Made by a program: the position numbers and the translations under genes
Source: Blepharisma stoltei ATCC 30299
Lineage: Eukaryota; Protista; Ciliophora
Direction: 5' to 3'
Length of the DNA: 64,000 nt
Assembly (NCBI GenBank): GCA_965603825.1
Contig: CBFDEM010000021.1
Location: forward strand, 124,001-188,000
Notes under the pieces: model-generated
What the model was told of the DNA's origin: nothing
Database searches by the model: none
The model's input: the letters and a program-made list of their open reading frames with translations, nothing else
In this document: positions 1 to 9,701 of the stretch, one piece after another
Numbering within the stretch: the stretch's first letter is position 1
Layout of the letters: every line of letters starts with the position of its first letter

Positions 1-2274
1 AATAACAAATCCATAGTCATGAATTCTTGAAGTATTAAAGGATCCTGAATTTTTTGTGTCAACTCTTCCATTTTTCCCAGGTGATTCTCAAATATTGTCA
101 TGAATACCTTTGGCAAGAGGACTGTTTTCATGGTCAGAATCCTCTGGGAATGCATGCCTATAATATTCAGTTTTAAGAGTTTTGTACACTTGCCGCTTAT
201 AGGTGTAGTTTATTTTCACAATTTCTAAGTCAGAATTAAATAAGCTACAAGCATAAGCTGCGTTTACTGCAGTTTCACGCTTATCCCCTGTCAGCATTCA
301 TATCTTAATTCCAGCCCGTTTTAAAGTATCAATCGCCTCAGGTGCGCCTTCTTGAATTTTATCCTCAATAGCTACAGATCCAAGTATCGTCAAATTATTT
401 TCCCAATTTTCCGCAACATCCCTCAGTCTTGCTTGTCTATTACTCATAGCATTTTTCGCAGAAAGCCACTGTTCTTCATACTGATCAGCTTCTTCTAGTG
501 TCAAAACTTTTTTTGCAATTATAAGTGTCCTCAAGCCATTTTTCGCATGATTTTCTACCATCCCTGTCAGCTTTGTAATATATTTCGATGAATTATTAGA
601 TCTTTGGAATAAAACGCTATCTGAGCCTTTACATAACAAAACAGGAGGCTGATAATCATTAAGCGGCCTTACTACAATTGACATTCTTTTTCTGTCAGGG
701 TCGAATTCATTGACTCCACAAATTTTATATAAGCATTTGGACCCATTAATTTTTATTTCAAATAAATTTCGCCTGACGTTTCTATATTCAACTCCAGCGT
801 GGCATGCAGCTTTAACAAGGGCTTCTTCATCTCTTGATACACCTTTATATTCCATCCCAGTTTGGGTTTTTTCAGGGATAACTGTATGGCATAAGGCTAA
901 AACTTCTAAAAATTCCAAGACGTGATGACTGGATTCGTCCTTAACTTTTTCTTTTAGCTGGTCTTGGTTGTAGGTTTTTCCATGAATTATGCAGTATTTG
1001 AAAGACATTTTATTTTCTGTTAAAGTGCCGGTTTTGTCAGCAAAAATGTATTGGACTTTTCCGAGGTCTTCATTTAAATGTAAATTTTTGGTTTCGATGT
1101 TTTTCTTTTTGTCGTTGTCGTAGAATCGCAAATCTCAGGCGATAAATACAGATTGGACTGTGCTGACGATGTCAATAACAACATAAAGAGTTATTGGGAC
1201 CATATAGCTAAATAAAATTGCAAAACTTAGAATGTCATATGCTGAGTAGGACCAACTATGTCCTGTAAAAACTTTATATGCATCTCTATTTATTGAAGAG
1301 TTAATCAGAGAAAGAATATAGCACAAAAGCACCATAACCCCTACGATAGAAAGCATAAGTGCTAAATATTTATTCATTTGTTTTTCCAATTGACTTCTCT
1401 TGCTTGGTATTTTTTGAGTATTCATTATAATTTTGGTATCAGTTCCTGTATATACAACAACTCCCATAATTCAATTAGTATTTTTCAACTGAGTCCCTCT
1501 GTATACAATATTTTCATGCGTAAGAGGGAGTGCTCTTGGATAGCTGACTAGTTTAAAGCTACCTTCAACGCTATACAAGCTATAATTCGGATGGTCAATT
1601 TTTATTACTGCACTATCAAGTCTATATAACTGCTCTATAGCTTTTTCATAGCTTTTGCTATCAAAAATAGCAGCAGTGTCAGGCATGGCTTTCTTTCTAC
1701 TAAGTCTGGTTTCTCCGTCCAAATTGGAAGTTTCTAAAAAGCATATATTTTCAGGATCACTTGTAGCTAATAATAGCAAGTCAGCTGGGATTTCTTCTTC
1801 ATTTTTAACAATTATAATGTGTCCAACCCTTACCTGCATCCATTTCTCTCTGAAAAATTCCCCTCTTTCTTCACTCCATACAAGAATATCTTTAGTATTT
1901 ACATGGGAGTCGCTTCTCCTTTTCAAAAAGTCTGCTAAGGCGTCATGCACTAAGGTCAGGATCAAAACAATTACAAAAATAGCTGTAGTTGATAAACTGA
2001 CATATGGGGATAAATCATAAGGAATATATTGAAAAAGGGTAATTATTAGGTATCAGATATTGCCAAGTCTCTGAAATTGCTCAAATAAATTCATTTGAAA
2101 AAGAGTCAGATAGGTATACTTGTTTGTACTTATTTTATTATCAGGAAACACATTATTTTTATACCCTTGGCCACGGTAAATTTCAATTTCTCTCATATGA
2201 GCCTTGGAAGTGTCTTTTTTAAATGTTGTAGTGCCTGGCTTGTAAGTATAATTTTCACTCAATGGAGAAGTCAT
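1..2274 (-). CDS. P4-type phospholipid-translocating ATPase (flippase), 3'-partial, runs off window start
   Basis: ORFs 2053-2274, 1471-1965, 1135-1467, 298-1131 and 88-297 are one frame joined by TGA. Motifs: NKISTNKY, ETSNLDGET, PITLYV, DKTGTLTEN, EFDPDRKRMS, AIEDKIQ, GIKI(W=TGA)MLTGDKRETA. Confidence 0.95.
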
Positions 2275-2372
2275 GAATCTATTATAAAATATTAATCAAT
2301 GGAGTCAATGCATATTTTGTAATTTTTGCTTTGAGTAGCTTATTATTTCTGAATGGTCAAATAAATTATTTT

Positions 2373-2891
2373 ATGAAATCAATAGCAGGGATTTTTGAAT
2401 CGTCATTAGACAATTTTGAAAGAGAAAAACCTATTTGCAACACACCTTTAAAAGTGGAAATGAAACCAAGTCCTATAAGAATAAATAAAATTGATTTGCT
2501 AAAAGTTGATAAAAATTGCTTGAATTCTAAGAGATCGTTAAGAGCTGTAACAGAAAGAATACCTACAATGACACAGCGAAGTAAAAGTGTTAACCGATTA
2601 AATCCCAGGGATATTGATATAGCTGACATATCCAGGTCTGAGACTGAGAAATATTATTTGTCCGTAATATCAGCTTTAAATACCGACATCCACAGACTTA
2701 ACTATATCCTCGAAGCCAAAGTAAGTTATATTCAGGACAAAGAACTCGAAATTTTAAAACAGCAAGGCAAAATCCAGCAAAATCGATATAACGAATTATT
2801 ACAAGAACTCGCCAATAAAGTAACAAATAATTAGAACTCAGAAATCACGAGTTTACTCTCTACAAAACTGCCGAAAATAGATAAAAAATAA
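2373..2891 (+). CDS. Hypothetical coiled-coil protein (~167 aa); exons 2373-2819 and 2835-2891
   Basis: ATG at 2373. The ORF's TAG lies inside a 15-nt intron at 2820-2834; splicing gives ...ELANK|NSEITSLLSTKLPKIDKK*. Confidence 0.65.
2820..2834 (+). other. 15-nt spliceosomal intron
   Basis: GTAACAAATAATTAG; A at -6; contains the in-frame TAG. Confidence 0.7.
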
Positions 2892-2922
2892 GTAATGCTA
2901 TAAGAAAAATGTAATAATTAAT

Positions 2923-3186
2923 ATGGAACGTGACTATTTTCCTATTTCAGACACAGAAAAAGAAGAATTAGATAAACTAGGAATAACTTATAGGTGGAGA
3001 GATAGCTGTTTGCCACAGAAAAAAGAAGAAAAACTATGTAAAATGCAGCACAATTTATTTTGGTTTTATTATTGTAAAGAACAGATTAGTGCGTGAAAGA
3101 ATTGTGAAGCAGATAGAGAAAGAGAAATAATGAAGATCCAAAATTTTAGTCTTCCGCCAATTGAAAAGAGAAAGCTATTTAATTAA
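2923..3186 (+). CDS. NDUFB7: Twin CX9C protein, NADH dehydrogenase subunit NDUFB7 (B18)-like, 87 aa (absent from the ORF track)
   Basis: MERDYFPISDTEKEELDKLGITYRWRDSCLPQKKEEKLCKMQHNLFWFYYCKEQISA(W=TGA 3094)KNCEADRE...: RDxC-X9-C ... C-X9-C pattern typical of NDUFB7. Confidence 0.7.
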
Positions 3187-3224
3187 TTTACTAGAAAATT
3201 CTTAGGATATGTGATTTTAGTTAA

Positions 3225-3340
3225 TAATTGATGGTTTAGCTGACAATGTGATGGCCGCTGGGTTGATGACGGAACGGTGACTGAGAGCAAAGTAATGCAG
3301 ATGAAATCGCTGCTTAAATCATGTTACTAGAAGCTGCTTA
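3225..3340. ncRNA. Possible small ncRNA (C/D-box-like motifs), unassigned
   Basis: GC-rich island (about 52% over 3241-3300) without a credible ORF; CTGA at 3240, TGATGA at 3264, CTGA at 3281. Confidence 0.25.
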
Positions 3341-3746
3341 ATAAAATTTAATTATTTAAATTTATATTTTCAGCTTTTAATTATAGTCTTTATCCAGATT
3401 TTTAAAATTTAAAAAATTGAGAGGATTTCTTATCATTCTTAATATTTCATAAAATTTCATAATGAGCCTGCATTTTTTGAATTCAGCTTTTAGAATGACA
3501 AAATTGCTATTACATATAAAAGTCTAAGATTCTCGCCTGCCAAAAAAAGATTTAAATCAGAAATCTAACTCAGTATATACATCAGAATTACTATTTGACA
3601 ATTTTTAAATAAAATTTAAATACCTTGATTTATTTCCCCTCTAATAAGACCATTTTCAAAATCATTCCCTCACAATTCCCTACTTCCCCATATCTTCTTT
3701 GTTATAATATTTATCTCATGTTTTCTTTCATTTCATATAAGTAATT

Positions 3747-6482
3747 ATGGAACCTCAACTAAATATTCAAGGAAGGGCATTTAAATTAGAACAACAGCTT
3801 TCCAACGAAGAATTTGTAGCCCAAGACAAAAATTCAGGCCTGAGATACTTGCTAAAATATATTAAATCCCCAAGCCCTCAAAGAATCAAGCTTCTCAAGA
3901 ATGAAATTCGAATCCTCCGAGAACTAAATCCCCACCCAAATATCATTACTTTGCACTCTGCAAAGGAATCTGAAGGCTCCTATTTATTTCTGTATGAGCA
4001 TTGTGAGGGCGGCTCCTTGCAAAACAAAACAGTGCAAGATCCTTTAAAAGCATTATATCAAATTTCCTTAGCGCTCCAACATATGCACCAAAGAAGCATC
4101 CCAATAATCCACAGAAATATAACACCTTATAATATTTTATGCCAAGGTGATGAGTATAAGGTAACTGGGATGGAATCTGCGTCAGAGCAATATACAAGTT
4201 TGACTGATTTAGATTTATTTAATAGGGACACTGAGCTACTACAAATCAGTGATCTCAAATGAAGAGCGCCAGAGCTGATAGACCCTAACCCTCATTATAT
4301 TATTGATAATAAAACGGATATATGAGGACTGGGGATGGTGTTTTATTACATCCTATTTGGAATTTCTCCATTTCCTGACCTGAAATCACAACAAGAAGGG
4401 GTGTGAACAACACCTCGAGAAGTCAGCTGAAAGATAAGAGAACTGCTGCAAGTGATGCTGAACCCAAATCCATTGAAAAGAGCTGATATTTATTCTGTTT
4501 TAACTAAGCTAGACGAGCATAATCCTAACCAAGACTCTCACTCCTGCGCAACATCTTGTTTTCCTAAAATTTCTCCATTTTCGAGACTAAAATCAAAAAA
4601 ATCCACCCAAGGCCTAATACAAAATGCATGCTCAAATAATTCTTTACCACTAAAAGAAATTTTTTCAAAAAAACTAGTTGCAAAAGTCTGGGCAAAGCCA
4701 AAAAAAATTAATAAATTTTATGCAGAAATGCTAAGGCTTCAAGGACTGGATAACCCTCAAGTAAGGCTAAAAGCATTAACATTGCTTTTAATTTACTTAC
4801 AAGAAGGGCCTTTATATGTGTATCAAAACACTCCTGGCGCTGTAGAAGTTTTGCATTATATAGAGTCTTATTGCTCTGTAAGACCAGGACATCCACTTAA
4901 ATCAGATTTTTTTAGAAGGGTTACAAATTCATTTGCGGCAGCCATAAAGCAAAAATATTACGTCACCAAGTCTAATATTGGCAGCTTTAACGGGCGATTT
5001 GTAATTAACCATGAAAACGGACAATTTAATTGCCAAGTCGACATGCTGCTTATTGATGACTTGCTATTTTATTGGCAATCCTTAATAAAAATCCACGAAA
5101 TGCTTGCGACTGGTTCACATCTTGAAGCAATATGCAAATCAATCAGAATTTTGCTTATAAATGAGCAGCAAAGACTATTAGAAATAATAAGCCCCTGCAT
5201 AAAGAAATTATCATTATCTTCTCAAAACAATGATTTATCAAGAGAGTTCAATAAAGCCTACTTTAAAGCTAAAACTTTATTTGAAATAGACAACACTGAG
5301 ATCCCTTTAAACCCTATCCCAACCTCAGAAATCCCTGAAATCCTAATAGACGACCCTATATATGAGTCTTCCAAAAACAATAACAATGTCCCAATAGGCG
5401 AGATCCACCGGCAGTCTCAAAATTCTCCATCCTCAAGCTCCTCCAGCTCTGAATCTTCAGACGACGATTTTCAGCTAGACCAGCAGCCTTTACCTCGGTT
5501 TTCTTCAGTCCAGCTGCAGCCCGCTATAATAGAAACCCATTATTCTACTGCCAGATGTGAACATTTAACAACAGTCCATGACTATGATTTAATTGATTTA
5601 TCCCAAGACCGCATAGAAAAATTCACCAATCACCTTAATGAGCAATACAATTCTTGAATAATTGACATAAAAAATGTCAGATGTATGCGACAAATAGGCA
5701 ACGGCAGCAGCAGTGAGGTCTGGCTTGGCCTTTATCAGAAAACCTTTGTGGCTGTAAAGAAGCTAAAACATACAGAAAAACAAAGCATAAAAGAATTCGG
5801 AAGAGAAGTCAGCTTGCTAATAAAGCTTAGACACCCAAATTTAGTACTGTTTATGGGAGCTTATATAGGAGAAGACCAGCTTTGTGTGCTGACTGAGTAT
5901 TGTCAGGGTGGGGATTTATTTCAGCTTCTCCATAAGCGGAAAGATATTTTTATTTCGTGGGAGCAGAAGCTTAAGATATGCCATGATGTCGCGGTTGGGA
6001 TGAATTATTTGCATTCCAATAATTATATACACAGAGACTTAAAATCGCTTAACTTGCTATTGGCATCTCCATTATTACGCCCTACTGATTCTGTGACTGT
6101 AAAAATCAGTGACTTTGGGCTATCCAAAGAATTCAAGTTTAACGGATTTATGACAGGGCAGCTAGGAACTTGTCATTGGATGGCTCCAGAAGTGCTAAGT
6201 TCTTCAGATTATTCGTTAAAAGCTGACATATATTCATATGCGATTGTGATGTATGAGATCATTACAAGAGAAATTCCTTATAAAGGACTATCTCATGATA
6301 CCATAAAAGAAAAAGTCCTAGGGCAGCATCAAAGACCTGACATGTCATTAATACCACCAAGCTGCCCGAAAGCTCTGGAAAAACTAATGGCAATGTGCTG
6401 GAGATCTGACCCTAATAAAAGACCTCATTTTTCAGTCATCGTGGATATGCTGAACTCAATAGAACTGCCTAAATCTCAATAA
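3747..6482 (+). CDS. Dual kinase-domain protein (911 aa): N-terminal degenerate NAK-like kinase, ANTH-like domain, C-terminal TKL/Raf-like kinase
   Basis: ORFs 3747, 4452 and 5685 share a frame joined by TGA (WRAPE, DIWGLG). N-domain has HRNITPYN and no DFG. Middle has QVRLKALTLLLIYLQEGP (ANTH-like). C-domain has VAVK, HRDLKSLN, DFG, GTCHWMAPE. Confidence 0.85.
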
Positions 6483-6507
6483 TGTAACTATAAATAAATT
6501 TATTAAA

Positions 6508-6939
6508 ATGATTATTTATGATTTTTACATATTCAACAACATAGGAAACTGCTTATTTTACATAGAACTTAGAGGGCAGCGGTCAGAAAACAAAAGAGAA
6601 AACAAGCAAAAGCTTATGTTTGGGCTTATCTACACCCTGAAGTCTTTTTGCCGCAAGTTTTCACCAGAGCCGATATCTGTGAGCCCATTTACAAGCTATG
6701 TGACTGATTCTTATAAGCTTCATATACTAGAAACCCATAGCGGCCTGAATTTTATTATGATTACTGATACAAATGCTCCTGACCAAACCAGCTGTTTAAG
6801 CTATATTTACTCAAACTTATTTTCCCCATTTGTCTTGAGGAATCCATTTTACGAGCCGAAAAAGCCTATTTCTTCAGCAGTTTTCAGACAAAAACTATTA
6901 GAGCATTTCGATACCTTAGACAGCTCAAGAAAAGCATAA
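6508..6939 (+). CDS. TRAPPC1: TRAPP complex subunit 1 (Bet5), sybindin/longin family
   Basis: IYDFYIFN.GNCLFY...KLMFGLIYTLKSF...YKLHILETHSGLNFIMITD...RNP. Confidence 0.9.
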   Translation: MIIYDFYIFNNIGNCLFYIELRGQRSENKRENKQKLMFGLIYTLKSFCRKFSPEPISVSPFTSYVTDSYKLHILETHSGLNFIMITDTNAPDQTSCLSYIYSNLFSPFVLRNPFYEPKKPISSAVFRQKLLEHFDTLDSSRKA

Positions 6940-6997
6940 AAATTAAATAATTATTTATTAAAAATTAATTTTGCACAGATTTATTAGAAAGAACTTT

Positions 6998-8963
6998 TTA
7001 GTTAGTGCTTCCTTCTGTAGCAAATGCTGGATAAGTGCATTGGACATTTTCCCAGGTCATTTGGCTAAATACTAATTTTTGTATAACTTTACCGACATTT
7101 TCAAGAGGGATCCTTACTTGAGTCATGCTTAAAGTTTCTCTGAGGGTTACGGTATGGTCGCTAACCGTTTGGAAATCAACTGTGACTGCAAAAGGAATTC
7201 CAATTTCGTCACATCTGGCGTATTTCTTCCCTATGGTGGTTGAGGAGTCGTCGACTTCACATGAAAGACTTTTCCTTTTGATGGTTTCTTTTAGTTGGTC
7301 TACAAATTGGTCGAAATCTGGGTTCTTTGAGAGGGGAAGAACACAACATTTTACAGGGGCAATGACTGGAGGAATATACAAATAGCTTCGAGCCTCTTTT
7401 ACGTTGGTTCTCTCTCTGAAAGCGTGCTCCAAAATGGAATAAATAATTCTTCCAATACCAAAAGAAGGTTCAATTACTGATGGATAAAAGGTTTCTTGGG
7501 ACACTGACTTTTGAGTGACTTCTGGCTTAATCATATCTCTTGTCAGCTTAAAGGACTCCTCCCCAATTGTCAGCTCATATTCACCATGCTCTTCTATGGC
7601 ATGCTTAATGCTTGCTTTTTCCAGCTCAGAAAGCTCTTGGAATTTCGCCAAAATTAATTGATTTTTCGCTTTAAAAGCAGCACCCATGACCCCTTTATTA
7701 GGCTTCATATCAATAAAATCTACGATTCTTGGCTGTGGGTAAGTTTCAGCTGCCAAAAGATTTTTTTTGGATTTTTCTGCATGTTTAGTTAAGTCATAGC
7801 AGCTTCTATCTGCATGGCCAACAACCTCGACCCAGCCAATTGATAATAAGATTTCAGCATCCCAACAGTCAGATGAATAATGGGCCATTTCGTCTTTCAT
7901 GTGTTGTCTAAATCGGATCCCTTCTGCCTTGATCCCGCAAGCTCTTAAGAATAAGTAAGTTCTGGCCATAAAATATGCTAAAGTCTGGTTATTGATGATT
8001 TTCCTTGTAACAGCTTCTTCTAATGTAATATAAATAGGTGGCGTCTGCAATTCTTGCTGCTCTTGCCCGAATAGCGGTATAACCATTGCCGCAACATTTT
8101 GGAACTTATGATGATCTTTATTGCTTGGATTTACAAAGTACTCAATTTCTGCCATTGTAAATTCCCTCACCCTCAGCAGTCCATCCCTAGGCGAAATTTC
8201 ATTCCTAAACCCAAGTCCAATCTGTGCTACTGCAAACGGTAGTTTATTCCTATTATAGTCATATAAATTCTTAAAATTCACAAAAATCCCTTGAGCTGTT
8301 TCTGGCCTTAAAAATCCTTTTTGTCTGCCAGAAGGCCCAATCATAGTCCCAAACATCAAATTAAACGGTTTCGGATACGACAGCGGCCTGCCACTCCCTG
8401 GACATTTAATTCCAAACCTAGTGAAAATTTCATGCAACTGTTCTTCCTTATACGTGTCAGCTAATGATTTGATTTTTCTGCATTCTTCTTTGACCTCTTC
8501 TGTGGTGTCTTTATTGTTAATGATTTCCTTCATGCTTTCTACTAGCAGCTTGTCAGCTCTCCAACACCTGTCGTCTTCTTCATCTTTGACCATAAAATCT
8601 GTGAATTTCGCTACATGTCCTGATGCCTCTAAAACGACTTCTGGGGTCAAATTGGTCCCAGCCAGCTCTAGCATGTCTTCTTCTAGTATAAAATGCTGCC
8701 TCCAGAGGTCTTCTACCTCACGTTTTAAGGCACATCCAGGTGGGCCATAATCAAAGAGACCGCTGATTCCACCATAAATTTCAAAGGAAGGCCGGTAAAA
8801 GAACCTTCGACGTAGCAAATCATCAATAGCTGGCCGATGGGCAGACAAGAATGACTCAAGCTCGCCTTCTTTCTATAATAGAACTTACCAGTTCTTCTTG
8901 ACTGTTCATTTTATAAAGCCCACAGAAAGAAGGGAATTTTTGCATGGCTTTACGGATTAGCAT
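6998..8963 (-). CDS. GARS1: Glycyl-tRNA synthetase (eukaryotic alpha2 type); starts at 8963 (long form) and 8909 (short form); 16-nt intron at 8873-8888
   Basis: FEIYGGISGLFDYGPPG, FNLMF, LRPETAQGIF, FRNEISPR.GLLRVREF, VIEPSFGIGR, anticodon-binding domain. Splicing the 16-nt intron links MNSQEEL to KEGELESFLSAHRP in frame. Confidence 0.95.
8873..8888 (-). other. 16-nt spliceosomal intron (GlyRS)
   Basis: GTAAGTTCTATTATAG; required to connect an ATG to the GlyRS frame. Confidence 0.85.
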
Positions 8964-8982
8964 ATGATTATTATAATAGAGA

Positions 8983-9321
8983 TTATTGGTTACCTAAAGG
9001 TTTGTCAGCATAGTACAGGGGCTTTTCGACTTTGACACCCATTGTTTCGAGAGCACCGGCGAGGTCAGGCATTGTAAGGCAGAGTCTTTGGTCTTTGTTT
9101 TTAGAGCTGAGAGAGGTAACTGGCTTGCCGGGAATGATGTCCAGGACTTCGTTGAGAGTTTCTGTGAGGAATTGTTGGACTGCAGCTGCTACGAGCTTGC
9201 TGCAGGTGGGATCAGGAGAGTAGAAGCCTTTGGATTCAAGGATTTTGGAAACATATTCAGGAGGTATTACTAAGGCGCTTTTATCAAGAAGTTCTAAAAA
9301 CTCTGAACTTGGGATGTCCAT
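8983..9321 (-). CDS. TAF10: TFIID/SAGA subunit TAF10
   Basis: EFLELLD...IP...L...GF...DP...KLVAAAVQQFL...LTMPDLAGALETMGVKVEKPLYY histone-fold signature. Confidence 0.85.
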   Translation of the reverse strand: MDIPSSEFLELLDKSALVIPPEYVSKILESKGFYSPDPTCSKLVAAAVQQFLTETLNEVLDIIPGKPVTSLSSKNKDQRLCLTMPDLAGALETMGVKVEKPLYYADKPLGNQ

Positions 9322-9701
9322 AATATTTTTATACCTTTTAATAGAATTAATTATTAAAATCTATTATCAATTGCTAATTTCTAAAGGAAAATTATTACTT
9401 TATCTATGCTAATAATTAACTAAAATTTGCTCATAAAAGCAAATTCTGAGGTGCCAACCCCTTAATTTTACTGATTTACTGGCATCTATGCGAATATTTC
9501 CCTAAATATGTATAATTTTAATTAAACTTTGTTTTCCTCACTTTTAATGTGAAATTTCATATTTTTTAAGCCCCATTCAAATAAAATTTTAAATCCCACA
9601 GTATTTTCAAAATATTTCGATAAAATCTCTCATTATTATATCAATTTAAAGACTTGCAACTTCACATAAAAAAACCTAAAATTAGTGAATAATTATTTAA
9701 T

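Noticed and set aside
1-2274. Fragmented ORFs read as pseudogenes, selenoproteins or programmed readthrough
   Set aside because: All breaks are TGA at conserved Trp positions and occur window-wide, so this is a genetic-code reassignment.
3315-3329. Minus-strand GTAACATGATTTAAG as a 15-nt intron of a hidden gene
   Set aside because: It lacks the -6 A, and there is no upstream ATG or credible protein.
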